Position numbers and translations under genes: made by a program. Positions 43,607-53,924 of a stretch of DNA of 64,000 nucleotides are shown here, one piece after another (positions within the stretch are counted from its first letter, which is position 1; each line of letters begins with the position of its first letter). The DNA is from a virus (lineage: Duplodnaviria > Caudoviricetes), in the IMG/VR virus record IMGVR_UViG_3300042554_000410, positions 34,497 to 98,496 of that record; one strand, given 5' to 3'. The notes below the pieces were generated by a model, which saw nothing but the letters and a program-made list of their open reading frames with translations, did not search any database and was not told the DNA's origin.

Positions 43607-45844
43607 TCAAGCGGCAATTCGCTTGACAAACCGAGTGAGTAGAACGCGAGATACAGCCTTCTTTTCCGAAAACTTGATAAATTCCGAAGCAATTTTGCGC
43701 TTGGTCATATCAGAGTTTACGTTAAGATTTCCAGAAGACACATTCAAGGACTTCGGATTGAGGATATAATACTCATCATATCCAGCAGTTGTCACACCGA
43801 AGAACCCGTTAGTTTTCCAGTCGGTCTGGCACTTCTTATATGTTTCACCATATTCACTGTAGAACTGGCGATACATGCTTTCAAAGCCATAAGAAGAGAT
43901 ATAGAAGCCGAGCAGATTGCAGCCAGTACGTTCCTTGAGTATCCGCAGCAAGAGAGTTGTCATCACTCTGTTGTCGGTGTAAGGAGAATAGCGGCTATAG
44001 CTATTCTTGTCACCACGAATGTCATGGTTCTTCTTGGTAATTTCATCTTGAAGAATGAACTTCCGATTTCTACCGTAAGAGGGAACACCATGAATTTTCT
44101 CCATCGGATCGGACTCGCCGTCAGTCAGGAAGATTGTATTGACAATCTGAACCTTAGACCGAGCCTTGAACCGATTGACAATCAAATCGGCCGTACCGAT
44201 ACATTCATTCAGCGGAGTGGAAGACAGTCCGTCACACGTAAGGTGACCGCCACAAGCCATGACATATAGATGGAACATTGCGTCATTGAACTCAGCCACA
44301 TTCATCCGTGAAGACAAAAAGTTCCGAGCAATAAAGTTGTCAAAGTCCAACTCATTAGTGCCGTTCGTGAACAGACGATTATGTGAAGGAATACGACCCG
44401 CATCATAATCGAAAGCATTTACAGAACGGAATGAGTATACCTCAAACGGGATCTGAGCCCGCTTACAGAACATGGTCAGCGAAAGCAATTGCTTGACCGT
44501 CTTCTTGAGATGAATGTCCATTGAACCAGACCAGTCAATGAACATGACAAAGCCGTGGTTCTTACCAGTCGCAACGGAAGTGATACGACGGAACAGGTCA
44601 TCATTATACTTGTATGAATGCAACTTGTTAGTGTCAATCACGCCAGTCTTAGACACCGAAGTCCGAGCATATTCATCGGCCGACTTCCGCATTTCAAATT
44701 CCTTGACCATGAAGGAAAGAGTTGCGGCCTCGTCCGACTTGAACTTTTGAAGTTCAGCACGAATTTCCTTGAGCCATTCTTGACTTGTAATACGGCCAAT
44801 ACATTCACGCTGATCAGCCAGAACAATCTTGTAATCATTCACGACACTATCATAGTTGATAGGACGCGGAATCTTAGCATAGATATATTCTTCGTCCGAG
44901 TTGATCACAAGGTCATTCTGACGTTCCTGCCAAGCCTTTTCAGTCTCGGACTCAGGAATATCATCTTCACGCTGAGAACCAACATTCAGAGGATCGTTAT
45001 CATCTTTTTCACCGGCGGCATCGCCAGTTTCGGAAGCTTCGGCGTCATCGCCATCTTCTTCCTCATCTTCTTCATCCTCGTCTTCATCATCCGAATCGTC
45101 ATAAGTAGAACCAGAACCAGTTTCGGCCTCATCTTCGGCTTCGTCATCGCCATATTCAAACTCGGAATCGTCCTCGTCATCATCGTCAGTAGCGGTCGAC
45201 TTTGCACGGAAGTCTTCAATGTCCTGCTGCTGCTCTTCCTGCTTTTCCTTAGACCAACGGAAGATTTCTTCCGTGAGGGCTAGAACCTCATCGAAAGTTT
45301 CAGCGGCTTCAACCTTAGCAAGAAGGGACTTTTCTTCGGCATTGAACTTGATGCCGAGCATTGAACCACCCTTGCAGTAAATGTTCAAGCGGTCAATAAA
45401 GGACATGGAATTTACGTCTTTGGTTTTAGTACCAAAGAAATCGCGGTCGATTAGTTCGGCATAGCCCTTGACATAGTTGCGCCGAGCACCAGGGAAACGG
45501 CGCTTCTGGCGCTTGTCAATACGGGCGTCTTCAATCACGTTCAGAAAGCCCTTGACGGCCAGAATAGCACGATTGGAAGTAGAACCAGCAATACGCTTGG
45601 CAATGTCAGCGATAGCATCAGTCCAGCCCTCAGTCGGAGTATCAAGAGCATGACCGACTTCATGCACCACCAGAAGGTCATACAGATCGTTGGACATTTC
45701 GCGCCAGACAGGGAGCATAAGAACACGGGACTTTACGTCAAACCATGCGGTCTTGGCCGAAGCACTATGCTGAACAGTAATGTTTTCCGTAGCCAGCAAC
45801 TTGGCTAGCTGGGACTTGGCATTATGATTATGTGTTACTTCCAT
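43607..45844 (-). CDS. CobT-like protein (HExxH peptidase, acidic linker, VWA)
   Basis: HEVGHAL; NVIEDARI; D/E-rich tract; DWSGSM; TPL; LTDG. Confidence 0.85.
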   Translation of the reverse strand: MEVTHNHNAKSQLAKLLATENITVQHSASAKTAWFDVKSRVLMLPVWREMSNDLYDLLVVHEVGHALDTPTEGWTDAIADIAKRIAGSTSNRAILAVKGFLNVIEDARIDKRQKRRFPGARRNYVKGYAELIDRDFFGTKTKDVNSMSFIDRLNIYCKGGSMLGIKFNAEEKSLLAKVEAAETFDEVLALTEEIFRWSKEKQEEQQQDIEDFRAKSTATDDDDEDDSEFEYGDDEAEDEAETGSGSTYDDSDDEDEDEEDEEEDGDDAEASETGDAAGEKDDNDPLNVGSQREDDIPESETEKAWQERQNDLVINSDEEYIYAKIPRPINYDSVVNDYKIVLADQRECIGRITSQEWLKEIRAELQKFKSDEAATLSFMVKEFEMRKSADEYARTSVSKTGVIDTNKLHSYKYNDDLFRRITSVATGKNHGFVMFIDWSGSMDIHLKKTVKQLLSLTMFCKRAQIPFEVYSFRSVNAFDYDAGRIPSHNRLFTNGTNELDFDNFIARNFLSSRMNVAEFNDAMFHLYVMACGGHLTCDGLSSTPLNECIGTADLIVNRFKARSKVQIVNTIFLTDGESDPMEKIHGVPSYGRNRKFILQDEITKKNHDIRGDKNSYSRYSPYTDNRVMTTLLLRILKERTGCNLLGFYISSYGFESMYRQFYSEYGETYKKCQTDWKTNGFFGVTTAGYDEYYILNPKSLNVSSGNLNVNSDMTKRKIASEFIKFSEKKAVSRVLLTRFVKRIAA

Positions 45845-45898
45845 AGTGTCCTCGTTATTATGGACATAGAATAGATGGATTTGCGGAGAATGTCAAGC

Positions 45899-46153
45899 TT
45901 ATCCGACATAGACAAGCAAAACAGCTTTGCTATCAGGTTGCTTGTAGGTTGCGATATGCATGTTATCAGCTTTGGAATACATTTTCTTATACAACTTGAA
46001 CGGCTGTTCATTTCCGTATGAAGTATCTATCATATCAGGAAACTCAAGATCATCTGATATGGACAAAAGGTCTACATGATAAACGTCAGGTTTTGATTCG
46101 AAAACGATATGTGAAACGATATGGGAATCGTCAAGTCTGAGCATCTGGGTCAT
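45899..46153 (-). CDS. Hypothetical protein
   Basis: GGAGA-ACACT-ATG RBS identical to that at 9847. Confidence 0.6.
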   Translation of the reverse strand: MTQMLRLDDSHIVSHIVFESKPDVYHVDLLSISDDLEFPDMIDTSYGNEQPFKLYKKMYSKADNMHIATYKQPDSKAVLLVYVG

Positions 46154-46294
46154 AGTGTTCTCCGTCTTCATACATATAATATAGTGACGGAGACCAGAGA
46201 AATCAAGCATAGAAACAGAATACCTGCTATGCAGTGGACGCATAGCATACTGGCTAAGTGATTGATTTTATTGAGTTCGGCTAAGTCTTTGATA
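46147..46294 (-). promoter_or_regulatory. Regulatory module copy 2
   Basis: TTGATT-N17-TATATT; GCAT repeats; IHF-consensus matches at 46255-46267 and 46282-46294. Confidence 0.65.
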
Positions 46295-47255
46295 TCTTTT
46301 TGAGAACCATACCGTAATTGTTGACCTTAGGTAAGGTTGATAAATCAACTCCAGATTTCAGTCTCAGCCGATTGTCATCTGGACCAAGTCCGATGTTTCG
46401 CCTAATCTGTAACTGTTCTGGATTCAATTCTCGCTCTGGCTTTTGAAACGGCAAATAATCCACATAATGATGCCAACGACCATATCGCCACACCATCCGA
46501 GCAACATCAGGATGCATGTCAACTAGCATCTGAGACTTATTGATTGTACCTGTCGCATTCAATTGTCCATCACGCCACTTGCTCTTGTCTAGTTCACCTT
46601 CTGCATGATAGAACTCTGCTGTATTGCCGCCCTTCACAGTTTGAGTAGCAGACTTGCCTTGCAGAAATGCATTAAACTGAATTGTGCAATCGCCATCTTT
46701 CAATACGCGAAGACAGATATCGGTATCTTCGTTATATCTACCACGCCAACGATGCTTACAATCATTAGAGATAAGCAGAGTGGAATAGATACGAGTGTTA
46801 ATACTGAAAGGTGGATAAGCCTGATTAGGTGCAATAAAGAATCTATACTGAAAGCCTGAGATAGGAACATTCTCAAAGCGGTCAACAAAATCTTCTGCGG
46901 CCTTGAATATTACACCAGATTCCACACGAATGCGTTGGTTCTTGTGTAGTCGATAGAAGTCTGAAATGTTATCGTCACACACCCAATGCTTTTCAGCACC
47001 TATTGAGATAGAGTGATCCCAACACCAGTTTCTTGCGCGACCAGGACCGTCACCGTGGTTAGAAAAAGGAGCCACAAGAAGGGTAACATAGTTACGAATG
47101 CCAAAATTATCCAACGCTTCATCATAGAGTTTTTCGTCCTGCGGTTCAATAGCGATATAATGTGGAATCTTCATACGCGCAAGTGAGCGCGAGGTATACA
47201 TTGTGTCATGTCTACCTTTTGAAATGATATAAACTGGATGTGTCGGATTCGTCAT
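46281..47255 (-). CDS. TET-associated/GREB1-like glycosyltransferase (putative DNA modification)
   Basis: PVYIISKGR...AIEPQD...RARNWCWD...HWVCDDNI...WRGRYNEDTD...GGN. Confidence 0.7.
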   Translation of the reverse strand: MTNPTHPVYIISKGRHDTMYTSRSLARMKIPHYIAIEPQDEKLYDEALDNFGIRNYVTLLVAPFSNHGDGPGRARNWCWDHSISIGAEKHWVCDDNISDFYRLHKNQRIRVESGVIFKAAEDFVDRFENVPISGFQYRFFIAPNQAYPPFSINTRIYSTLLISNDCKHRWRGRYNEDTDICLRVLKDGDCTIQFNAFLQGKSATQTVKGGNTAEFYHAEGELDKSKWRDGQLNATGTINKSQMLVDMHPDVARMVWRYGRWHHYVDYLPFQKPERELNPEQLQIRRNIGLGPDDNRLRLKSGVDLSTLPKVNNYGMVLKKISKT

Positions 47256-47587
47256 TCTTCAAACCAACGCTTCAAAGAGTTTTCATCCTTGTCAAGGTGT
47301 GGATACCACATACTCTTGGTCTTATCTGTAATAGTCTGTTCATCATCCACTTGTGCATACTTTGTGCGGAACTCATCAAAGTCTTGCTTATTGCGGAAAT
47401 GAAGATACAGTGTCTTGAACGGTGGATTATCTTTCTGTTCAAACTCAGGCATTCCTACCCAAAGTTTTTCTCTCTCATTCTCATCAGTTTCTTCCATGCC
47501 AAGAAATTCCGCGAGAGTTTGTTCTTTCGCGGTTTCTTCTTTCTTGCCCAGGAAGTTATCGTATTCTGCGGATTCTTTTACTGTCAT
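47252..47587 (-). CDS. Hypothetical partner of the glycosyltransferase
   Basis: WVGMPEF.Q...LHFRN..D...ITDKTKSMWYP. Confidence 0.65.
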   Translation of the reverse strand: MTVKESAEYDNFLGKKEETAKEQTLAEFLGMEETDENEREKLWVGMPEFEQKDNPPFKTLYLHFRNKQDFDEFRTKYAQVDDEQTITDKTKSMWYPHLDKDENSLKRWFEE

Positions 47588-49299
47588 GTCATCAACCTGC
47601 TAAAGTTTCTAATCTTCTCAAATCTATATGTCTTGTCAAACTTATCGGCAATAGTGTCAGTCTTGTGTGAGATTATATATGTATTTGTATCGTCTGTCAA
47701 TGTCTTTATGATTTTCAGAAACTCGTCTGTTCCATTCGCATCAAGACTTCCATCTAGAATTTCGTCCAGAATGAGCAAGTTGGTGTTGACACTATTCTTC
47801 ATCTTGGCAATGGAACGCCAAGTAAACATCAAAGCCAAATCGATTCGTGTCTTTTCGCCTTCTGAGAAATTGGCATAAGCAAACTCATCACGATACCGAG
47901 ACTTGATTACCTCGTTGAAGTTTTCATCGATGTTGAAATTGACAAAGAAGCCCATTCTGTCCAGATACTTGTTGACCAACTTATTGATGATTGGAATATA
48001 CTGCTTGATAATCTTCGTCTTGATTCCACCATCTTTCAGTAGCGCAGAAGCAGTATCAATCATAACTCTCTCTGTCATCTGAAACTTGATGACTCCTTCG
48101 ATTCTTTCTATCTCGCCAACAGTCTTTAGCAAATCTTCTTCGCTGTTCTGAACTAGTTTGTCAGCATTCTTAATCTTGTCGATGGAATCTTCTATATCGT
48201 TCATCGTAGAAACAAGATGCATCATCGTTTGCTTCTTGGCCGAAATGTCAGCAGAGATAGCCTGAATACGCTTGACTTGATTTTCTTTATTGCTAATCTC
48301 AGCAAGTAAAATGTTAGATTGACCTTCTGTTACTGTGGCTTGAACAACTAGACCACTAATTGTATTACCAAGATCCAATACACGCTGAGACTTGAACGAC
48401 TTCTCAATTGTTTGCTTACAAGTCGGGCAGTTATCGGTAGTCTTCAACATTTCTTTTTCAGCATCCAACCGCTTTGCTTCTGTATCAAACTGAGTATAAA
48501 GTTTTACGGTATCGTGAAACTGCTTTTTTATTTCAGATAGGTCATTGACCTCATCTTGCAGTTGCTTCTTCTCTGCGACAATCTTCTCAACATCAGAAAT
48601 TATATCTTTCTTTTGTTGTGCAAGGTCTTGATACTGCTTTTCAAGTTCAGCCAACCTATCATCGTTAGTCTGTCTTAGACTGGCCAATGTCTTCTCAATA
48701 TAATCTTTCTTCTCGGTTGTCGAGCGCATGACAACTCGCGTGTTTTCCAACTTCTCTTTGTTTTCTTGAGCGCGTTGCTTTACCAGCAAGTTCATCACGG
48801 AGAAGATTTGGATATCAAGCAAGTCTTCGATAATTGTTCGACGGTCAGCAGGAGTCAACTGCATGAACGGAGTGAATGATGCTGAACCGAGAATAACGAT
48901 TTGACAGAATGACTTCATGTTCATCTTGAGAATGAACTTTTCAAGATATTCCTGATAGTCTCTTGATGCTGAGTCCTGATTGAGTAGAGTGCCATCTACC
49001 CAAATCTCAAAGATGTTTGGCTTAATACCGCGAACAATCTTGTAGTCTTTGCCGTAGGCCTTGAATATAATTTCAACCAAACAATCTTTACCATTCACGC
49101 TATTGACAAGCATGGGCTTATTGATTTTACGGAATGGCTTACCAAACAAGACAAAAGTAAGCGCGTCGAGAATGGTTGATTTACCATGTCCGTTTGCGCC
49201 TACTATTAGATTTGTCTTATTTGCGTTTAGTTCAATCTCTGTCCATGCATTACCAGTTGACAGAAGATTCTTCCATCGTATCAATTCAAATGTTATCAT
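47584..49299 (-). CDS. 46: Recombination endonuclease subunit (gp46, SbcC/Rad50-like)
   Basis: GANGHGKST; CPTC hook; FSEGEK; LILDE. Confidence 0.96.
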   Translation of the reverse strand: MITFELIRWKNLLSTGNAWTEIELNANKTNLIVGANGHGKSTILDALTFVLFGKPFRKINKPMLVNSVNGKDCLVEIIFKAYGKDYKIVRGIKPNIFEIWVDGTLLNQDSASRDYQEYLEKFILKMNMKSFCQIVILGSASFTPFMQLTPADRRTIIEDLLDIQIFSVMNLLVKQRAQENKEKLENTRVVMRSTTEKKDYIEKTLASLRQTNDDRLAELEKQYQDLAQQKKDIISDVEKIVAEKKQLQDEVNDLSEIKKQFHDTVKLYTQFDTEAKRLDAEKEMLKTTDNCPTCKQTIEKSFKSQRVLDLGNTISGLVVQATVTEGQSNILLAEISNKENQVKRIQAISADISAKKQTMMHLVSTMNDIEDSIDKIKNADKLVQNSEEDLLKTVGEIERIEGVIKFQMTERVMIDTASALLKDGGIKTKIIKQYIPIINKLVNKYLDRMGFFVNFNIDENFNEVIKSRYRDEFAYANFSEGEKTRIDLALMFTWRSIAKMKNSVNTNLLILDEILDGSLDANGTDEFLKIIKTLTDDTNTYIISHKTDTIADKFDKTYRFEKIRNFSRLMT

Positions 49300-50375
49300 T
49301 CAATACTTTCTAACGACAAAGCTTCGGTATAAATCTCGCGCATGTAATGTTTCATTCTATCAGATTCAACGGGCAAAGTCAAGCCTGAAATGTAGTTGTC
49401 AAGAATGGTAAGTGTGTCTTGTGCCTCATCTACCAAATCTTCTGAGTTGTTATCTGTGAACGAGTTGATATCTTCAACAATGGAAATGTCAGCCGCTTGT
49501 TCTTTGTACAACTTGTCCAGCAGCACATCAAACGCATATGGATTGGTTTTGTTTACACAAACAACCTTGACATAGCAATCTTTATACTTGGAATAGTCTG
49601 TAGCATTAATCTTCTCAAGAATATCTGGATTCTTTACATCATCATAAGCCACCATATGGAAGATGCGGAAAGGATTACGATGAAACTCAACAGCACGGGT
49701 TTGTGTATCAAACGTAATGAAGCCGCGAGGATCATTATAATCAGACCATATATGCTCACACAAAGCACCGATATAATGAACATTATCCCTACTGCTACGG
49801 TGGTGATAATGGCCAGTAAACACACTGTCAAATCGCTTAAAAACTTGATGATTCCATCCATGGTCAGACAACAAGCCTTTCTGCATTTCAAAGCCATCTA
49901 GTTCTAGATGCCCGCAACAAATAGCAGACTTAGTGTTCTCTATGGCTTCATAACTCTGCTTTTCATTTGCTTTGGTAATCCACGGCAAAAGAAAGAACTC
50001 AGTACCATAAATCTCAATCGTGGTAGGAGTAGAGTATGTCTTGATGTTTGTATATCTATTGCCAACGAACTCATCTAGAGCATTTACTGTGTAGGTGTCT
50101 TTGAAGTATTCGTCGTGATTACCAGCAATAATATGTAAAGAACACAAAGCACTAACTGGCTCCAGAAAATCTGCTCTAAGCCGAGAGTGGGTAAGTACAT
50201 TAATATATTTCCGACGATCAACGAGATCGCCAAGATGTATAATATGGCGCACACCATTGGCTTTGATGAATGGGATAAGAAACTCATCTATAGACCTCTT
50301 GAAATAATCTAGAAAAACTGGGGAGTCATTTCTGACGCCCCAGTGAGTGTCCGTCAATATAAGAACTTTAGACAT
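49296..50375 (-). CDS. 47: Recombination endonuclease subunit (gp47, SbcD/Mre11-like)
   Basis: DTHWG; GDLVDRRK; GNHD; GHYH. Confidence 0.96.
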   Translation of the reverse strand: MSKVLILTDTHWGVRNDSPVFLDYFKRSIDEFLIPFIKANGVRHIIHLGDLVDRRKYINVLTHSRLRADFLEPVSALCSLHIIAGNHDEYFKDTYTVNALDEFVGNRYTNIKTYSTPTTIEIYGTEFFLLPWITKANEKQSYEAIENTKSAICCGHLELDGFEMQKGLLSDHGWNHQVFKRFDSVFTGHYHHRSSRDNVHYIGALCEHIWSDYNDPRGFITFDTQTRAVEFHRNPFRIFHMVAYDDVKNPDILEKINATDYSKYKDCYVKVVCVNKTNPYAFDVLLDKLYKEQAADISIVEDINSFTDNNSEDLVDEAQDTLTILDNYISGLTLPVESDRMKHYMREIYTEALSLESIE

Positions 50376-50560
50376 TACGCTCTTTTCTTCCGAGTGTTAG
50401 ATGTGTAAAGTTCATTATCGTACTTTCTGAGAGACTTGTCAATAGCATCTCTGATTGATTCCAGTCTTGCACGATAGTTCTGTCTGATATAGACATTCTC
50501 TTTCTGATTTAACAGATTGGTAATCAGATGCTCAATTTGAAACGGTACTTCGTTGTTCAT
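50375..50560 (-). CDS. Hypothetical protein
   Basis: Coupled ORF between 55 and 47. Confidence 0.6.
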   Translation of the reverse strand: MNNEVPFQIEHLITNLLNQKENVYIRQNYRARLESIRDAIDKSLRKYDNELYTSNTRKKRA

Positions 50561-51113
50561 TTTCTTCCTCGTAAAACTTGATTAAACCTTCTTTGGCAAT
50601 CTTTCGTTTCTCTTTCTTTACTGCTTCTTTCTTCTCAAATCTTTCCATGAAGTCGTTTATATTATCATATAAGTTGACAGAAAGCAAGTGATTATCATCA
50701 CCATCTACCAGATGTGCTGCATGTCCATTGTTTATGACCGTTTCTTGGAAATTCTTGTATATGATATACCTATTCTTTTCTTCTTTGTTTATTCGTCTCA
50801 GGAATGCAAAGTATATTACCTGAGTAAAGTATGCAAACGGATTGGATCCTCTGTTTGGATCATAATCGTTGAAATACAATATGCAGTTCTCTATTGCATC
50901 GGAAATCATTTCATCTCTGTAAGAGTAGTTTAGGAAACATGGCTTACAAGATAGTTTGTTTGCAATCTTCCATATACACTCACCAATATAGTTAGAGAGT
51001 CTTGGTTCTTCAAGACCTTTTTCTCTGGCCTCTGCTACTTTTCTTTTGTGTTCTAATATTTCCTGATAGAACTTTTGATTGTCTACATAATGTACTTTAT
51101 TTTGTTTGCTCAT
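50532..51113 (-). CDS. 55: Late transcription sigma factor (gp55)
   Basis: HYVDN..F...YIGEC..KIA...YRDEMISDAIENC...NPFAYFTQ. Confidence 0.95.
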   Translation of the reverse strand: MSKQNKVHYVDNQKFYQEILEHKRKVAEAREKGLEEPRLSNYIGECIWKIANKLSCKPCFLNYSYRDEMISDAIENCILYFNDYDPNRGSNPFAYFTQVIYFAFLRRINKEEKNRYIIYKNFQETVINNGHAAHLVDGDDNHLLSVNLYDNINDFMERFEKKEAVKKEKRKIAKEGLIKFYEEENEQRSTVSN

Positions 51114-51124
51114 GCACTTTTCTC

Positions 51125-51153
51125 TTGACAAAGGGTTGACAGGTGTGTATATT
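51125..51153 (+). promoter_or_regulatory. Plus-strand (antisense) sigma70-type promoter
   Basis: TTGACA-N17-TATATT. Confidence 0.5.
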
Positions 51154-51185
51154 GGCTATGCCATCGATGATATGAATAACTTTAA

Positions 51186-51449
51186 TTATACTTCTGTTAG
51201 TTCAATCATCTTCTTGATTTGCTTATCAAGTATCTCTTTCCTGTTAGGCCACTTAATCATGGGCTTATCAGGATCTTTTGCTAGATGTTGAAGCAAAGGC
51301 AAATAAGTCTTCCTTAAAAGCCTCAGTCTATTCTTCAACAAGTCTACCTCATCTGTTACACCAGAAGATGTAACAATCTCTTCCTCATCATGAAAACTAA
51401 ATCCAAAGTCATTAGTTTCATCTAATTCTACAACTATTTCATTTGCCAT
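51186..51449 (-). CDS. Conserved T4-like hypothetical protein
   Basis: DFGFS...PLL.HL.KDP.K..IKWPNR. Confidence 0.7.
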   Translation of the reverse strand: MANEIVVELDETNDFGFSFHDEEEIVTSSGVTDEVDLLKNRLRLLRKTYLPLLQHLAKDPDKPMIKWPNRKEILDKQIKKMIELTEV

Positions 51450-51946
51450 TAGTGTAATGTTCCTCTGTTGTTGGAAGATAGAGACCTAAGAAATTCATTT
51501 ACCACATCTCTCAGATTGTCCATATCTTCGTTACTTTCTTCTACTACCTTATCAGACTTGACTACAGCATCTATTTCTCTTTCCAGTTCTTCAAGAAATT
51601 CCTCTGTAGTTGTATCTTCCTCATATATCGAATTGGATTTGAACTGACTAGAGAAATGTTTTACCGTGTCAAAGTAATAGTCTTTTAGACTTTCATTTGG
51701 TTTAGACATGGTAAGAATGTCTCTGCTGTAGATATTAAATTCCTGCTCAGAAGAAATCTTAGCAAATACCCATTGCATCAAAGATAAAGAAACGAATCCT
51801 GGTTTACTGGAAGGTATACATACAATCTTCATCGGGTTCTTTAGGACAATATGAGTTTCATGTCCTTCTTTAGGTTTAGGCCATGCTACTTCTGATATCA
51901 AGTCTTCGCCCGAGTTCAGTCTTATATGATATACTTCTTGAGCCAT
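51449..51946 (-). CDS. Conserved T4-like hypothetical protein
   Basis: IRLNSGEDLI...LKNPM; synteny after uvsW. Confidence 0.65.
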   Translation of the reverse strand: MAQEVYHIRLNSGEDLISEVAWPKPKEGHETHIVLKNPMKIVCIPSSKPGFVSLSLMQWVFAKISSEQEFNIYSRDILTMSKPNESLKDYYFDTVKHFSSQFKSNSIYEEDTTTEEFLEELEREIDAVVKSDKVVEESNEDMDNLRDVVNEFLRSLSSNNRGTLH

Positions 51947-51949
51947 GAC

Positions 51950-53428
51950 TTATCCTTTCAATTCAATCTTATATACCTTAAAAGAAAATTTCTCTTCGGT
52001 ATATAACTTTATTCTTTCTGCAAAATGTTTTAGAGTGTAGTTCTCATGTTTCTTATATCTCATGTCATCTGCGATATCAAATAACTGAGCAGAGTCTTTC
52101 GTTTCACTTGTACGTAATCCACGTCCAATGGACTGTAGATTTCTTATCCGAGACTTAGACGGAGAAGCAAATATAATGTTATGCAGGTTTCTAATATTGA
52201 TGCCAGTGCTGAAAGTGCCAAAACTAGCAACAATAATCGCATTAGTTTCTTTTTCAACAATGTGCCTAATTTCTTCTCTGATTTCAACATCTGTATCTCC
52301 ACTTACAAAGAAGACTTTACGGTCAGCACCGAGTTTGTCTGATATGAGCTTATGTAGGATCTTTCCGTGCTTGTCAACGTACTGGAAGAGAACAAGGGTG
52401 TTACCATCCAAGGATAATGCGAGGTTAGATATGAACTTGTTCCTTGCTTCGTTAAGGACAAGATATTCGATTTCCTGTTGATATGTAAAGTTTTTCGCAG
52501 CCTGACAGATAGACTCACTATGTCTAAGAAGTAGGCACTTAATTTGGAATTCAGCCAGGTGCTTTGCATCCATGAGTTCTTTAGTTGTAATAACTTTTCT
52601 GGTGGATCCAAATAGTCCCTCAAGGACAAGCCTGTGTGTTTTTGTTCCGTCAAGAGTTCCTGTAGTGCCAATTCTGTATTTTGCATTTGTTAGTCCTGTC
52701 ATAATATCTGTAAGAGACTTGGCCTTGAACTGATGTGCTTCATCGCCGATAACAAAATCAAATTGTGCGAACCACTTCTTGGGCATCTGGTAAATAGATT
52801 GCCAAGTTGAAATTGTCAGGAACTTGTTTGTATCTTTTTCCTGACCCTGATAGATTTTGTGTATATTATCATCAACATTCCAATCGTTCGTAGCACTGTA
52901 ATCTTTGAAGTCCGACGTTAACTGTTCTACTAGTGATATCGTCGGAACGACTATCAAGCCTCTTTTCAATCCTCTATGTGATAGAAAACGAGCCAAAAGA
53001 TAAATAATAAGAGACTTACCACTTGCAGTGGGGCTAAGTAGTAAAGTCCTTCGTGTACGAATAGCATGAACGAATGCATCCAACTGATAATCTCTTGGAG
53101 CATGTTTCGGCCTTATTTTATCTACAAATTCGTTAGCCTCTGCTAAAGAAAATTCCTCATCATAACTTTCGTTTTCATATTCCCATTCGTAGTTTCGTTC
53201 TTCACAAAACTTAGCAACATAAGGTACAAGTCCGCGATATAGTTGTTTGTTTCTTACATCAAACAATCTTATCTTTCCGTCCCACAGTCTGGCCTTATAT
53301 TGTGGCGTAAACTGATAACCAGGAACTTGGAATGTAAATGCTTCACGAAGTTCATAAGCAATATCATCTTCACAGATGACTCTCACGAATGCTTCATTCT
53401 CATTCACTATGATTACTTTACTGCCCAC
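51950..53428 (-). CDS. uvsW: SF2 helicase UvsW
   Basis: WDGKIRLF; SPTASGKS; DEAH; QSIGRGLR. Confidence 0.95.
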   Translation of the reverse strand: MGSKVIIVNENEAFVRVICEDDIAYELREAFTFQVPGYQFTPQYKARLWDGKIRLFDVRNKQLYRGLVPYVAKFCEERNYEWEYENESYDEEFSLAEANEFVDKIRPKHAPRDYQLDAFVHAIRTRRTLLLSPTASGKSLIIYLLARFLSHRGLKRGLIVVPTISLVEQLTSDFKDYSATNDWNVDDNIHKIYQGQEKDTNKFLTISTWQSIYQMPKKWFAQFDFVIGDEAHQFKAKSLTDIMTGLTNAKYRIGTTGTLDGTKTHRLVLEGLFGSTRKVITTKELMDAKHLAEFQIKCLLLRHSESICQAAKNFTYQQEIEYLVLNEARNKFISNLALSLDGNTLVLFQYVDKHGKILHKLISDKLGADRKVFFVSGDTDVEIREEIRHIVEKETNAIIVASFGTFSTGINIRNLHNIIFASPSKSRIRNLQSIGRGLRTSETKDSAQLFDIADDMRYKKHENYTLKHFAERIKLYTEEKFSFKVYKIELKG

Positions 53429-53867
53429 CTACAAATTTTTCCCAATCCATGTATGATTTCAATTGCCAAGTTCTATTGTTCAATTCTTTCAGAACGTTTT
53501 TGCAGAACTCAACAATCTCTTCATGCATAACTTTCTTTAGTAGTATGTTATTTAGTTCAGTATCAGAATCAAGATAATGCTGCAAGTCTGCACGAAGCAC
53601 CTTCTTCATCATTGGTTCTAGACCGTACTTTTCTAAGTCTTCTGGATTATTAAGATCGCCAGAATAGTATTCCCACTTTATCTTGCGCCGTGAGTTATAT
53701 TCTGCTAAGAACTTCTTGACAAGGAGATTGTGGTGTGTCATGATACGCAAATACTTCGCATGAAGTTTTGGTATATTAGCCATTGCTTTCTGAGGTTCAG
53801 TCTCATCATAGCCTGCATCTTTTATCCACTCTTCCATTAGAACGTCAATATTCACTGGCGGTTTCAT
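53418..53867 (-). CDS. uvsY: Recombination mediator UvsY
   Basis: IPKLHAKY...KWEYYSG...R.WQLK...W.KF. Confidence 0.88.
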   Translation of the reverse strand: MKPPVNIDVLMEEWIKDAGYDETEPQKAMANIPKLHAKYLRIMTHHNLLVKKFLAEYNSRRKIKWEYYSGDLNNPEDLEKYGLEPMMKKVLRADLQHYLDSDTELNNILLKKVMHEEIVEFCKNVLKELNNRTWQLKSYMDWEKFVGGQ

Positions 53868-53924
53868 AGTTTCTCCATTACAAAAAATGTATATTACTAT
53901 ACTACGTTTTTAGGTAAAAGTCAA

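Noticed and set aside
44618-45283. 221-aa hydrophobic plus-strand ORF
   Set aside because: Antisense reading of the Asp/Glu-rich linker of the cobT-like gene.
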